Of a stretch of DNA of 64,000 nucleotides, positions 1 to 9,925 are shown one piece after another. How positions within the stretch are numbered: the first letter of the stretch is position 1; every line of letters starts with the position of its first letter. This stretch comes from Thermodesulfovibrionales bacterium (GTDB lineage Bacteria; Nitrospirota; Thermodesulfovibrionia; Thermodesulfovibrionales; SM23-35): assembly GCA_031082155.1 (NCBI GenBank), contig JAVHLL010000001.1, positions 25,058 to 89,057 of the forward strand, in the 5' to 3' direction. Made by a program: the position numbers and the translations under genes. The notes under the pieces were generated by a model. It was not told the origin of the DNA, made no database searches, and saw nothing but the letters and a program-made list of their open reading frames with translations.

Positions 1-77
1 GAGGCCGGCTTGATTACAGGAGGCTCTTTGATCTCACGAAACAAAAGCTCATAAAGGAAAGAAACCTCGTCTTATGA
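1..77 (+). CDS. 3' end of an upstream ORF (partial; possibly a second DUF507-like gene)
   Basis: Frame 3 is open from the window edge to TGA at 75-77 (GRLDYRRLFDLTKQKLIKERNLVL*). The stop overlaps the ATG at 74 in an ATGA junction. It is too short for a family call. Confidence 0.3.
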   Translation, partial: GRLDYRRLFDLTKQKLIKERNLVL

Positions 78-358
78 TGCTCTCCGACGACAAGATTTCA
101 CACCTGTCCCATATACTGTTAAGGGGCCTCATGGAAAGAAAACTCGTCCAGGTTGAAGAAAACGAGGGAAAAGTAAGAACCGAGATCAAAAGGACGATCG
201 TTTCCGAACTGAAAGTGGGAGAAGCGATAGACGAGGTCGTCAGAAAGAAACTCCAGTCATTTTCGAAAAAGATGGTTGAGGGAAGCCCCGAGTGGGAAAT
301 TCTGTACAAAAAGTTTTACAGGGAAGAGGAGATAAAAAAAGGCAGGGCTTCCGGATAA
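74..358 (+). CDS. small DUF507-like protein
   Basis: 94-aa ORF. The MMLSDDKISHLSHILLRGL...SPEWEILYKKFYREEE pattern matches my recollection of the small DUF507 family. The start is ATG 74 or 77. Confidence 0.65.
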   Translation: MMLSDDKISHLSHILLRGLMERKLVQVEENEGKVRTEIKRTIVSELKVGEAIDEVVRKKLQSFSKKMVEGSPEWEILYKKFYREEEIKKGRASG

Positions 359-2331
359 AGGACGCACTCCCTTTTGTTTTTCTCTTTTTCACCTATCTCG
401 GCCTGCTCCTTGAATTTCCGACTGAAAAAACGGTTCTCTGGTTTTCCTTATGGACAGCGAATACCCTCCTCTGTAGTTTCTTTCACTTTTCCAGGAAGCC
501 ACGGCAGTATGCGCTTGAATTTCTTTTTTCTCTTGCCCTTCTGATTGCAGGGGCTGCGCAGGCATCCGGACTCCCGTGGCTGAAGATGCTCTATTTCCCT
601 TTTTTCTTGCTCCTCCCCATTTGGTATGACCAGCGGGCTCTGTTTTCTTTGGTGGTCCTTGTCCCTTTCCTGGATTTGAACCTTTTCCTGAAAAATGGTA
701 TTGAGGTCCAGGAAGTGGCTTTTTTCTCATCCCTTGCCCTTACGACAGGTATAACGCAAATTCTTGTGAAGACAATAAAGAAGAAGGCGGGATATGAGCG
801 AAACATCAACAGAGGCGCGGCAGGGAGTTTTGCTGAGACTGGCACAGAAATGTTTCCGGAAGAGACGGTCATCTCCCAGTATCTTGAATCGATGTTCAGA
901 CCGGATGAAGAAATACAGGAAGTCATCGGGATAACAAAAAACACTCTGGTCGCAGATTCGGTCCACCTCTTTCTGAATATCGAAGGGGGTCTCCGGTTGA
1001 GGGGTTCCAGCGAAGAGGCCGGCGGAATCATCCCGTCCCCAAAAGGTATAGTACCAGTCTCTTTCGAAGAGAAAAAACCGGCACTTTTCCTGGACATTGT
1101 TGAAAAGAAACGGGAAGTCGGATATCTGAAAAAGGAGAAGATTGCTTCTCTCCTTGCAGTGCCTGTGCTGGACGGGAATTTTGCATTCGGAGTTCTGGTT
1201 GCCGACAGCGGCCGGTTCCAGGCGTTCAACAGTGCTGACCAGGAAATACTTCAGACCTATGCAAACCAGATCGTGAGAATACTCCAGAGAGAGCGGGTGT
1301 ATCGCCAGATACAGCGTTCGTTCTCGAATCTTAAGGTGTTGAACGAGGAGAGTGCGAAACTTCTCTCCTCACTGAAAATTGAAGTCATTGCCCGCAATCT
1401 GATAGAAGGTATTTACAAAATCGCACCATGTGCAATAGTGTTCTGCCTGTCAAGGGGAAGGGAGTTCGAGATCATCAGCCAGCAGGGACTTCCGTCCCAG
1501 GAGAAACAGTCGTTTGGTCTGAAAGGTACCCTCCTCGATATGGCGGTAAAAAATTCTGATCCGCTCTATATCTCTGATTTAAGATCGTATCGGTCACCGA
1601 TACTTCCTTTTAAGACGGATGCCGCCGGCTCTCTCGTTATTTTGCCTATGCTTTACGAGAAAGAGGTGCTTGGCGTCCTCACGCTGATTTCGAAAGAAAC
1701 GGCTGCGTTCAGCACCTCGCAAATAGAATTCATTCAACTCCTTGCCAATCAGGCATCAACCTCCATTACGAACGCAAAATTTCATGAAGAGCTTGAAAAA
1801 CTGGCGATTACTGACGGTCTGACAGGTCTTTTCAACCACCGACATTTTCAGGAGAAACTTTCCCAGGAATTCAACCGTCTGGGGAGATTCTCTGGCCCGC
1901 TTTCACTGCTTCTCATTGATATCGATCATTTCAAGAAGGTCAACGATACCTATGGACATCCGGCAGGAGATGCAGTACTGAAAAAGGTTGCCGGGATTAT
2001 CAGAAAAACGATACGGAATATTGACGTCCCTGCGCGGTATGGCGGTGAGGAGTTTGCTTTAATCCTCCCTGGCACAGATTCTTCGGGAGCGATGAATATG
2101 GCTGAAAGACTGCGCAAGGCGATAATGGGCGCAAGTTTCTCCTCAGAGAAGGAGAAATTTACGATAACGGTCAGTACAGGCATTTCGACGAATGCTCAGG
2201 GTGGTACAGAGGTAAAGAACAAGGAGCAGCTTATTGAGCGCGCGGATAAAGCGCTCTATGAAGCGAAGAGAACGGGAAGGAACAACAGTGTGCTCTGGGA
2301 TGAGAGGCTGGAACGACCCGGTGGATCGTAA
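292..2331 (+). CDS. membrane-anchored GAF/GGDEF diguanylate cyclase
   Basis: 679-aa ORF with hydrophobic N-terminal segments, GAF-like middle regions and a C-terminal GGDEF domain. The GGDEF domain has DGLTGLFNHRHF and an intact RYGGEEFALILPG motif. The start is uncertain: position 292 is a GTG preceded by GAGGGAAG and overlaps the previous gene by 67 nt. The next in-frame ATG is about 97 codons later. Confidence 0.9.
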   Translation: MGNSVQKVLQGRGDKKRQGFRIKDALPFVFLFFTYLGLLLEFPTEKTVLWFSLWTANTLLCSFFHFSRKPRQYALEFLFSLALLIAGAAQASGLPWLKMLYFPFFLLLPIWYDQRALFSLVVLVPFLDLNLFLKNGIEVQEVAFFSSLALTTGITQILVKTIKKKAGYERNINRGAAGSFAETGTEMFPEETVISQYLESMFRPDEEIQEVIGITKNTLVADSVHLFLNIEGGLRLRGSSEEAGGIIPSPKGIVPVSFEEKKPALFLDIVEKKREVGYLKKEKIASLLAVPVLDGNFAFGVLVADSGRFQAFNSADQEILQTYANQIVRILQRERVYRQIQRSFSNLKVLNEESAKLLSSLKIEVIARNLIEGIYKIAPCAIVFCLSRGREFEIISQQGLPSQEKQSFGLKGTLLDMAVKNSDPLYISDLRSYRSPILPFKTDAAGSLVILPMLYEKEVLGVLTLISKETAAFSTSQIEFIQLLANQASTSITNAKFHEELEKLAITDGLTGLFNHRHFQEKLSQEFNRLGRFSGPLSLLLIDIDHFKKVNDTYGHPAGDAVLKKVAGIIRKTIRNIDVPARYGGEEFALILPGTDSSGAMNMAERLRKAIMGASFSSEKEKFTITVSTGISTNAQGGTEVKNKEQLIERADKALYEAKRTGRNNSVLWDERLERPGGS

Positions 2332-2336
2332 GTGGC

Positions 2337-2882
2337 TTACAAGGCCATGAGAACCATTATCATCTGGCGGCCTTCCATTTTCGGCGGTATTTCGACTTTT
2401 GCAATATCCTTTAGATCCAGCGACAGCTTGTTCAGCAGGTCCGCACCCAGTTCCTGACGGTTCAGTTCCCGCCCTCTGAAGCGGATTGTCACTTTGACCT
2501 TATCACCATGTTCGATAAAACTCCGCACATTCCTCTTCTTGAACTCATAATCGTGGGTGCCGATTAACGGGCGCATCCTGATGTTTTTGAGGGTGAGCGT
2601 CGCCTGCTTTTTCTTTGACTTCTGGAGTTTTTTGTTCTTATCGAATTTGAACTTCTGGTAGTCCATGATCTTGCAGACCGGTGGGTCGGCATCCGGGCTG
2701 ATTTCTACAAGATCCAGTTCCTGTTCCTCGGCCATCTTTAGCGCCGTCTCAATGTCCATGACGCCTATTTGTCCTTCATCGCCAACGACCCGAATCTGTT
2801 TGGCTTTAATCAGCCGAATCTGTTTGTTTACGCGTGTTTTATCAACAACCCTTACTGGAAATGCTTTTCGTCGATTAACTAT
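2337..2882 (-). CDS. infC: translation initiation factor IF-3, non-canonical start codon
   Basis: The tracked ORF (MDIETALKMAEEQELDLVEISP...KVTIRFRGRE...) is IF-3. The frame stays open upstream and encodes ...RVNKQIRLIKAKQIRVVGDEGQIGV, the conserved IF-3 N-terminus, with no ATG, GTG or TTG. An ATA at 2882-2880 sits 9 nt after GGAG. IF-3 genes classically use AUU/AUA-type starts. Confidence 0.9.
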   Translation of the reverse strand: MVNRRKAFPVRVVDKTRVNKQIRLIKAKQIRVVGDEGQIGVMDIETALKMAEEQELDLVEISPDADPPVCKIMDYQKFKFDKNKKLQKSKKKQATLTLKNIRMRPLIGTHDYEFKKRNVRSFIEHGDKVKVTIRFRGRELNRQELGADLLNKLSLDLKDIAKVEIPPKMEGRQMIMVLMAL

Positions 2883-3297
2883 TGTCTTTTTCTCCTTTTT
2901 CCTTCGAAATTCCTTGAGGATGAGAACTATATTTTATGGTGATCTTATAATCAATACGTGCATGCTGGGAGGGACGGTCGCTGATTTTTCCCTTGCAGGA
3001 AAGTTCTCCCTTTCCCGATTTTTCATGTTTTTTAACCATATGGGTAATCACTGAGGTGAGATCAAACCCGCCATCAACACAGTCTTTGATCATGCAATCC
3101 ATGTTGAAATATGCGTGGCGCGAGGGCCAGAAATTGACAGTACGGAGCATGGAAGCCTGTTTACATCCCTTCATATAATATGTCATCTCGATTTTTATAT
3201 CTGTTACATCAGGAAAGCATTCAGAAACCAAACCCGATTCAAGTCTGTGCTGTTTGTTCAGTTCCATTTTTTCCAGATAATTCTGCTTGTGTGCCAT
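2875..3297 (-). CDS. hypothetical Cys-containing protein
   Basis: 140-aa ORF between the cold-shock gene terminator and infC. Its stop overlaps the proposed infC start by 8 nt. I recognise no family. Confidence 0.5.
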   Translation of the reverse strand: MAHKQNYLEKMELNKQHRLESGLVSECFPDVTDIKIEMTYYMKGCKQASMLRTVNFWPSRHAYFNMDCMIKDCVDGGFDLTSVITHMVKKHEKSGKGELSCKGKISDRPSQHARIDYKITIKYSSHPQGISKEKGEKDNS

Positions 3298-3312
3298 TGT
3301 ACCTCAAAAGTA

Positions 3313-3343
3313 GAGCAGTCCCCTGATGGGCAGGGGACTGCTC
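3313..3343 (-). terminator. hairpin downstream of the cold-shock gene
   Basis: Perfect 13-bp stem GAGCAGTCCCCTG / CAGGGGACTGCTC with loop ATGGG, 8 nt after the csp stop. The U-tract on the minus strand is weak (CTACTTTTG). Confidence 0.6.
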
Positions 3344-3350
3344 CGGTCAG

Positions 3351-3551
3351 TTAATTTTTGATTACGTTGATTGCTTTGAGACCTTTTGGGCCATTTTCGG
3401 TATCAAAGGTGACAGAATCACCCTCGGCGAGGGATTTAAATCCGCTACCCTGGATGGAAGAATGGTGGACAAATACATCACTGCCGTCTTCACTTGTGAT
3501 AAAGCCGAAACCCTTGGAATCATTAAACCACTTCACTGTTCCTTTCGCCAT
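3351..3551 (-). CDS. CspA-family cold-shock protein
   Basis: [33 protein letters not shown] contains the RNP-1/RNP-2 cold-shock motifs. I chose the internal ATG at 3551, preceded by AAGGAGG, rather than the tracked start at 3578. Confidence 0.92.
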   Translation of the reverse strand: MAKGTVKWFNDSKGFGFITSEDGSDVFVHHSSIQGSGFKSLAEGDSVTFDTENGPKGLKAINVIKN

Positions 3552-3595
3552 CTTGGACCTCCTTGTTCGAAAATTCAAATCTCAGAATAACCATT

Positions 3596-3631
3596 AAAAA
3601 AAGCCACAAAGCTAAAAGTCTTTGTGGCTTT
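3596..3631 (-). terminator. terminator-like hairpin inside the csp 5' leader
   Basis: The 12-bp stem AAAGCCACAAAG / CTTTGTGGCTTT is followed on the minus strand by a T-run. It lies about 45 nt upstream of the csp ATG, and no minus-strand gene lies upstream of it. Confidence 0.4.
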
Positions 3632-3823
3632 AGTCTACAAAAACTTCTGAAACTCTGGCGTTTATCTTGACATATGTTGTCGCAGAAGTCAATACATATG
3701 CGCATTTATATCTATTTATCAAAAGGTTGAGAGAGGTATGCTCTTGTGCATAAAATAGGTCGGTTCATTGGAGCCAAAGCCTCACTATTATTTTGGCCTT
3801 AAAAAACCGCTATCCGGGCACTC

Positions 3824-3853
3824 TTGACACGTCGATCAGTTAATTGTTAAATT
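3824..3853 (+). promoter_or_regulatory. sigma-70-type promoter of the hrcA operon
   Basis: TTGACA at 3824-3829, a 17-18 nt spacer, then TTAAAT/TAAATT at 3847-3853. CIRCE follows immediately. Confidence 0.55.
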
Positions 3854-3854
3854 A

Positions 3855-3881
3855 TTAGCACTTGACCATTGAGAGTGCTAA
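3855..3881 (+). promoter_or_regulatory. CIRCE operator (HrcA binding site)
   Basis: TTAGCACTT-N9-GAGTGCTAA against the consensus TTAGCACTC-N9-GAGTGCTAA. It ends 2 nt before the hrcA ATG. Confidence 0.92.
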
Positions 3882-3883
3882 AC

Positions 3884-4918
3884 ATGCAGAATTTAAGCGA
3901 ACGCAATAAAAAAATCCTCTATGCAATCGTGCAGAGTTACATAAATAATTTCGACCCCGTAGGGTCGAGAGTTGTAACCAAGCGCTATTCACTGGGCTTC
4001 TCTCCCGCTACGATACGGAATATCATGGCTGATCTTGAAGAAATGGGCTTTCTCGTGCAGCCCCACACCTCGGCGGGAAGAGTCCCTACCGATCTCGGAT
4101 ACCGGTTCTACGTCGATTCTCTCGCGGACGAAAGCGTTCATGAGTCAAACATGGAAGTCCTGCATGACCTTTACAGAAAACTCGAAGCATTAAGGAATAA
4201 TATCGATATGTTTCTTGGCGAGGCTACAAAAAGCATGTCGATGTTATCCCATTATCTTGGCGTAGCCATGTCTCCGGCTTCTGATCTCACCACGCTGAAA
4301 AAAATTGATCTCCTGAAATATACCGCGGGGAAAATAGCCGCCGTGCTCTTTACCGATGAAGGCCTGATCAAGAACAGGGTCATCACGATAGACGCGGATC
4401 TCTCACAGAAAGACCTTGCCAGAATTGCCGGATACCTGAATTCCGAATTTGCCGGATATCCCCTGGATGAGATACGCATGAAGGTGCTGAGGCAGATGTC
4501 GAGAGATAAGGTGAGATGCGACCATCTCCTCTCCAGGGCTATGCAGATCTGCCGGGATGCCCTCTCATTCCCTTATGGCGATCTCTTTGTCGCGGGGCTT
4601 TCCGGGGTGCTCGATCTTCCCGATTTTCATGACTTGAAAAAAATCAGGGAATTATCACGGGCCATCGAGGACAAACACATGATTATAAAACTGCTCGATG
4701 AGCTATCCGAATCTGAAGGAGTACAGGTCATCATAGGGTCTGAGAATGCCTCGGATGAAATGAAGCGGTTCAGTGTTGTTGCGTCTGCATGCCGGCAGGG
4801 TGACCGGCCGGTCGGTGTTGTCGGCATTATCGGTCCGACCCGTATGAACTATGCGAGGGCGATATACATTGTGGAAAACACTGCAAAATTCATCACTCAA
4901 ATGCTTGAAGGAAGGTGA
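3884..4918 (+). CDS. hrcA: heat-inducible transcription repressor HrcA
   Basis: MQNLSERNKKILYAIVQSYINNFDPVGSRVV...HTSAGRVPTDLGYRFYVD is typical HrcA. The start is moved to ATG 3884 because the tracked TTG at 3869 lies inside CIRCE. Confidence 0.95.
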   Translation: MQNLSERNKKILYAIVQSYINNFDPVGSRVVTKRYSLGFSPATIRNIMADLEEMGFLVQPHTSAGRVPTDLGYRFYVDSLADESVHESNMEVLHDLYRKLEALRNNIDMFLGEATKSMSMLSHYLGVAMSPASDLTTLKKIDLLKYTAGKIAAVLFTDEGLIKNRVITIDADLSQKDLARIAGYLNSEFAGYPLDEIRMKVLRQMSRDKVRCDHLLSRAMQICRDALSFPYGDLFVAGLSGVLDLPDFHDLKKIRELSRAIEDKHMIIKLLDELSESEGVQVIIGSENASDEMKRFSVVASACRQGDRPVGVVGIIGPTRMNYARAIYIVENTAKFITQMLEGR

Positions 4919-5532
4919 TCCATTTGCAGGAGTACGAAACAAACGAAACAAAGGAAAGAGAGATACAGGAGGCAGCAGAACCTGCTACTGGTACTGGTGA
5001 GATATCCCCTGAAGACGGGGGAGATGAGCAGGATCGCAGTGCTGCCGAACTGCAAGACATGAACAATAAATATCTGCGGCTTTATGCCGAATTCGAAAAT
5101 TATAAAAAGCGGGTTACGAAGGATAAAGAAGAACTTATTAAATACGGAAATGAGGGTCTCCTCTATGACCTTCTGCCCGTGGTCGACAGTCTGGAGATGG
5201 CGTTACAGCATGCAGCAGACGATGTATCTTCAGGTCTGGTACAAGGAGTAGAGTTAACGCTCAAGGAGATGAGGAAATCACTCGAGAAATATGGCCTCAT
5301 CCCGATTGAGGCGGAGGGGAAACCCTTTGATCCCGCGGTGCATCATGCGATGGCGCATCTTGAACGGGATGATGTTGAGGAAAATATTGTGGTAGAGGAG
5401 TACAGGAAAGGATATATGTTCAGGGATAAGGTGCTGCGCGCATCTCTCGTTGCAGTCTCTAAGAAGAACGAAGGATCAAAACAGGTAAACGGGGCGAATG
5501 AGAGAAACAATATGACAGAGGAGGAATCATAA
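4915..5532 (+). CDS. grpE: nucleotide exchange factor GrpE
   Basis: [20 protein letters not shown]...FDPAVHHAM...[14 protein letters not shown] are GrpE signature regions. The gene sits between hrcA and dnaK, and its GTG start overlaps the hrcA stop. Confidence 0.9.
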   Translation: MIHLQEYETNETKEREIQEAAEPATGTGEISPEDGGDEQDRSAAELQDMNNKYLRLYAEFENYKKRVTKDKEELIKYGNEGLLYDLLPVVDSLEMALQHAADDVSSGLVQGVELTLKEMRKSLEKYGLIPIEAEGKPFDPAVHHAMAHLERDDVEENIVVEEYRKGYMFRDKVLRASLVAVSKKNEGSKQVNGANERNNMTEEES

Positions 5533-5533
5533 A

Positions 5534-7465
5534 ATGGGGAAAGCAGTTGGTATAGATCTTGGAACTACGAATTCAGTAGTTGCCGTAGTTCAGGGCGGTG
5601 ATCCCGTTGTTATCCCGAATCAGGAAGGATCCAGGACAACGCCATCTGTTGTTGCAATCACTGAAAAAGGGGAAAGACTTGTTGGACAGATAGCAAAGAG
5701 ACAGGCGATCACAAACCCCGAAAATACGATATTTTCCATAAAAAGGCTGATGGGAAGAAAGTTCAATGCACCGGAAGTGGAGCACGCGATGAAGAGATTG
5801 CCCTACAAGATTCTCGATGCCCCGAATGCCGATGCACATGTGGAAATACGGGGCAAACGCTACTCGCCCCCTGAGATATCCGCAATGATCCTGCAGAAAC
5901 TGAAGCAGGCGGCAGAGGATTACCTTGGCGAACCGGTAACAGAAGCCGTCATTACGGTCCCTGCATATTTTGACGACAGTCAAAGGCAGGCCACGAAAGA
6001 CGCAGGCAGAATCGCCGGACTTAATGTCCTGAGGATTATCAATGAGCCGACCGCAGCAGCGCTTGCCTATGGTATGGACAAGAAAAAGGAAGAAAAAATC
6101 GGAGTATATGATCTCGGCGGTGGTACGTTTGATATCTCAATCCTTGAGATTGGAGAAGGCGTCATCGAAGTCAGGTCGACAAACGGAAATACCTATCTGG
6201 GCGGCGACGATTTTGACCTAAGGATTATGGACTGGATGGTGGAGGAATTCAAGAAAGACCAGGGTATAGACCTCAAGAATGACAAAATGGCGTTGCAAAG
6301 GTTGAAGGAAGCTGCGGAAAAGGCAAAAGTGGAGCTTTCGACCGCAAACGAAACCGAGATAAACCTCCCGTTTGTGACGGCCGATGCGACGGGCCCCAAA
6401 CATCTTCTTATGAAACTCGCAAGATCAAAAATGGAGCAACTCGTTGGAGACCTGGTTGAGGGGACCATCGGACCGTGCAAAAATGCATTGGACGATGCAG
6501 GACTTTCAGCCTCGAATATAGATGAAATCCTGCTTGTTGGCGGGCAGACACGCACGCCCAAGGTTCAGCAGGTGGTGCAGAACTTCTTCGGAAGGGAGCC
6601 GAATAAAACGGTGAACCCCGACGAGGTAGTCGCTGTCGGCGCTGCTATCCAGGCGGCGGTTCTCAAGGGTGATGTGAAAGAGGTCCTCCTGCTGGACGTT
6701 ACTCCGCTTTCGCTGGGTATAGAGACGCTCGGAGGAATATTCACCAAGATCATCGAGAGAAATACTACCATCCCGACCAAGAAGAGTCAGATATTCTCGA
6801 CGGCCACAGACAGTCAGCCAGCCGTATCCATCAAAGTGTTCCAGGGCGAACGGGAGATGGCGGCAGATAACAAGATCCTCGGCAATTTTGAACTCATTGG
6901 CATTCCACCGGCGCCGAGAGGAGTGCCCCAGGTCGAAGTGACTTTCGATATCGATGCGAATGGCATTCTCCATGTTTCCGCAAAAGACTTGGGTACGGGA
7001 AAAGAACAATCTATCCGGATAACCGCCTCAAGCGGTCTGTCAGAAGAAGAGATCAAGAATATGGTGCGGGACGCAGAATCCCATGGCGAAGACGACAAGA
7101 CAAAGAAACAACTTGCCGAGGCACGGAATGAAGCGGACAACCTCGTATATACTGTCGAAAAATCCCTAAAGGAATACGGCGACAAAGTGAGCGAAGGCGA
7201 GAAGAAAGAGATCGAAGAAGCGGTTGAGCGATGCCGGAAGGCAAAAGATACAGCCACTACCGCATCGGAGATCAAATCCGCGACAGAAGCGCTTACGGCA
7301 AAATCTCACAAGCTCGCAGAACATCTCTACAAAGGCGCCGGAGCACAGGCAGGCGAAGGTCAGGCAGGTCCATCAGCCGAAGGACAGGGGCAGGAAGGTG
7401 CGAAGGGACCTGAAGAAGAGGTTGTTGAGGCAGAATTTGAAGATGTTGATAAAGATAAAAAATAA
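5534..7465 (+). CDS. dnaK: molecular chaperone DnaK (Hsp70)
   Basis: [25 protein letters not shown] and [13 protein letters not shown] are the Hsp70 signatures. 643 aa. Confidence 0.98.
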   Translation: MGKAVGIDLGTTNSVVAVVQGGDPVVIPNQEGSRTTPSVVAITEKGERLVGQIAKRQAITNPENTIFSIKRLMGRKFNAPEVEHAMKRLPYKILDAPNADAHVEIRGKRYSPPEISAMILQKLKQAAEDYLGEPVTEAVITVPAYFDDSQRQATKDAGRIAGLNVLRIINEPTAAALAYGMDKKKEEKIGVYDLGGGTFDISILEIGEGVIEVRSTNGNTYLGGDDFDLRIMDWMVEEFKKDQGIDLKNDKMALQRLKEAAEKAKVELSTANETEINLPFVTADATGPKHLLMKLARSKMEQLVGDLVEGTIGPCKNALDDAGLSASNIDEILLVGGQTRTPKVQQVVQNFFGREPNKTVNPDEVVAVGAAIQAAVLKGDVKEVLLLDVTPLSLGIETLGGIFTKIIERNTTIPTKKSQIFSTATDSQPAVSIKVFQGEREMAADNKILGNFELIGIPPAPRGVPQVEVTFDIDANGILHVSAKDLGTGKEQSIRITASSGLSEEEIKNMVRDAESHGEDDKTKKQLAEARNEADNLVYTVEKSLKEYGDKVSEGEKKEIEEAVERCRKAKDTATTASEIKSATEALTAKSHKLAEHLYKGAGAQAGEGQAGPSAEGQGQEGAKGPEEEVVEAEFEDVDKDKK

Positions 7466-7516
7466 CAAACACTTTCACGGTATGATATAGGATCAGTGCT
7501 TGAAAGCGCGCACCTG

Positions 7517-7548
7517 AAAAGTCCTCCTCGAAATGAGGGGGACTTTTT
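7517..7548 (+). terminator. hairpin plus T-run between dnaK and dnaJ (partial terminator or attenuator)
   Basis: GTCCTCCTC / GAGGGGGAC stem with one mismatch and loop GAAAT, followed by TTTTT. Confidence 0.5.
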
Positions 7549-7626
7549 ATGAGGAGCAGATGACTCTGGTGAAAGGACTTTTCCGCCGGGAGATAAATTT
7601 CTTGAGTTTTATAGAATAGGGAGAGC

Positions 7627-8724
7627 ATGAAAGACTATTACGAAACAATCGGGGTGGCCCGCGACGCGTCAGAAGTTGATATCAAGAAAGCGTTCAGACA
7701 GCTAGCCATGAAATACCATCCTGACAGGAATCCGGATAATAAGGAGTCCGAGGAAAAGTTCAAGGAAATAAATGAAGCATATTCCTGTCTGATCGATCCT
7801 GAAAAAAGAGCGAACTACGACAGGTTCGGCACGGCGGAAGGCATGGGCGCCGGTCATAGCCCGTTTGGAACAGGATTCGGGGATGTGTTCGAAGATATCT
7901 TTGGAGACTTTTTTGGGACCTTTACCGGTAACCGGAGGCCAAGACCGGCCAAGGGAAATGACCTGCGGTATGATCTCGATATCACGCTCATGGAGGCTGC
8001 CCTTGGTACTGAGAAGACCCTGGAGATACCACGGTGGGAAGGCTGTTTTGAATGCAGGGGCTCCGGTTCGGCGCCAGGCAAGGCGCCGGTTGCCTGTCAG
8101 AATTGCAAGGGAGCGGGACAGGTCCGGATGCAGCAGGGGTTCTTCACCATCTCGAGGACGTGCGAAAAATGTGGCGGGGCAGGGAAGGTTATCACTGACC
8201 CTTGCAAAGAGTGTAACGGCCAGGGCAGAGTAAGGAAATACAAGAGCATCAGCATAAAAATCCCGGCAGGGGTCGACACCGGTTCACGGCTGAGAATGTC
8301 CAATGAAGGGGAGATGGGGCTCTATGGAGGTCCGCGGGGAGATCTCTACATCATCCTCAATGTCGAAGAGCATTCATTCTTCAAGCGGGATGGCAATGAT
8401 CTGTTCTGTGAGGTACCGATATCGTTCCCTCAGGCTGCGCTTGGAGCAGAAATCGAGGTGCCTACTCTGGACGGGACAGCAAAGATTAAAGTATCACCGA
8501 GCACACCTTCAGGAAGGATGTTCCATCTGAAAGGGAAGGGAATACAGAGACTTGGCGCTCATGGCAAGGGTGACCAAATTGTGAGAATCTATATAGATGT
8601 GCCCAAAAAACTCACGCTGAGACAGAAGGAGCTCCTTGAGGAATTTGCTCAAATAAACGGGGACGAGGTAAGCAAGTCTTTTAAAGAGAAGATCAAGGGC
8701 CTCTTTACCGGTGCAGAGAAATAA
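7627..8724 (+). CDS. dnaJ: co-chaperone DnaJ
   Basis: J-domain (YHPDRNP), a G/F region and four CxxCxGxG zinc-finger repeats. Confidence 0.97.
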   Translation: MKDYYETIGVARDASEVDIKKAFRQLAMKYHPDRNPDNKESEEKFKEINEAYSCLIDPEKRANYDRFGTAEGMGAGHSPFGTGFGDVFEDIFGDFFGTFTGNRRPRPAKGNDLRYDLDITLMEAALGTEKTLEIPRWEGCFECRGSGSAPGKAPVACQNCKGAGQVRMQQGFFTISRTCEKCGGAGKVITDPCKECNGQGRVRKYKSISIKIPAGVDTGSRLRMSNEGEMGLYGGPRGDLYIILNVEEHSFFKRDGNDLFCEVPISFPQAALGAEIEVPTLDGTAKIKVSPSTPSGRMFHLKGKGIQRLGAHGKGDQIVRIYIDVPKKLTLRQKELLEEFAQINGDEVSKSFKEKIKGLFTGAEK

Positions 8725-8834
8725 TTATCCCTTACTATTTGTAAAGTCCGGGATAAAACCGCAAGGTTACCGCATACGCTGCGCTGAGACTCATCTCCGA
8801 CTTCTGAAAAAATGAGAAGAAAGGGATAACGGAT

Positions 8835-9566
8835 ATGCCGAGGATCTATCTCCCGGTGAAGAACAGGGAAGAGCATACCATTACGATCACCGGCGAGAAA
8901 GCGCATTATCTCATTACTGTCCTGAGATGCCGGAAGGGAGATGAAATTATTATTTTTGACGGATCGGGACACTGTTATAAGACGCGGATAGAGGGGATTG
9001 AGAGAAAAGTGGTTCTCGCAGAAGTGACTGAACAGTTCCCGTGCGGGAACGAACCGAGTGTCCGTATTACTCTTGTTGTGGGTCTCCTGAAAGGCGAGAA
9101 AATGGATATGGTAATACAGAAAGCCACAGAACTCGGCGTGTACGAAATCATCCCCGTTGTGAATGAGAGAAGCCAGATCAGGGAGACGAGGAAAATTTCC
9201 CGGTGGAAGAAAATAGCGGAAGAAGCATCGCGACAATCAGGGAGAAGCATTGTTCCTGAGGTGCGCGAAGCAGTGCAGTTTATCGACCTTCTCAAGGGTC
9301 GGGGGGCAAGGGTTCAGGGGCAAGGGTTCCTGTTCTATGAAGGAAAAGGGGCCAAATTTTCAGAAGCAGTCGCTTCCCTTCCCCGCCGTCCTTCATGTCT
9401 CTTCATTATGGTTGGCCCTGAAGGCGGTTTCACTCAGGAAGAAATCACGCTTGCACAAGCACAGGGCGCCATTCTTACCACTCTCGGGAAAAGGATCCTC
9501 AGGGCTGAGACTGCATCGCTTGCCGCTCTCTCAATAGTACAATTTCAGTTTGGAGGAATGGACTAA
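8835..9566 (+). CDS. rsmE: 16S rRNA (uracil1498-N3)-methyltransferase RsmE
   Basis: MPRIYLP...HYLITVLRCRKGDEIIIFDG...VGPEGGFTQEE...LGKRILRAETA is the RsmE/SPOUT pattern. Its position after dnaJ is common. Confidence 0.88.
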   Translation: MPRIYLPVKNREEHTITITGEKAHYLITVLRCRKGDEIIIFDGSGHCYKTRIEGIERKVVLAEVTEQFPCGNEPSVRITLVVGLLKGEKMDMVIQKATELGVYEIIPVVNERSQIRETRKISRWKKIAEEASRQSGRSIVPEVREAVQFIDLLKGRGARVQGQGFLFYEGKGAKFSEAVASLPRRPSCLFIMVGPEGGFTQEEITLAQAQGAILTTLGKRILRAETASLAALSIVQFQFGGMD

Positions 9567-9592
9567 CCCGGTTCGCCAAAGGTTACGCATCC

Positions 9593-9769
9593 TCAGGATA
9601 AAGCGTCTGCCTCCCTGATATCGGCAATTCTTTCGACTGGTATTACCATCCAGCCCATTTCTCCCTCGAGGTGTACCTCTTCTTCCCCGACTTCGACGAG
9701 TTTTCCTGTGTAAGTGATACCGTCCTCTGTCTCTACGATCACGATTTTTCCTGCAAGGTCAAAATCCAC
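9593..9769 (-). CDS. possible 58-aa small protein (hypothetical)
   Basis: Only the 3' part of the 158-aa tracked ORF avoids overlap with the REC-PAS gene. A GTG at 9769 is preceded by GGGAGG, and a TATAAT lies 20 nt further upstream. The product is VDFDLAGKIVIVETEDGITYTGKLVEVGEEEVHLEG..., possibly a beta-rich Sm-like fold. Support is weak. Confidence 0.3.
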   Translation of the reverse strand: MDFDLAGKIVIVETEDGITYTGKLVEVGEEEVHLEGEMGWMVIPVERIADIREADALS

Positions 9770-9925
9770 AAAACCTCCCGGATGGGTAACATTATACCGG
9801 GGGTGCAGCTGCTTGAGCAACAGGAAAAAATACAATCCCCTCCTCCGGTAGGGTTGACTATTTCCCCAGAAGGTGTATAGTGAAAATATTAGAAAAAAGA
9901 GAGTGATGAAAAGGGGGGAAGCTGT

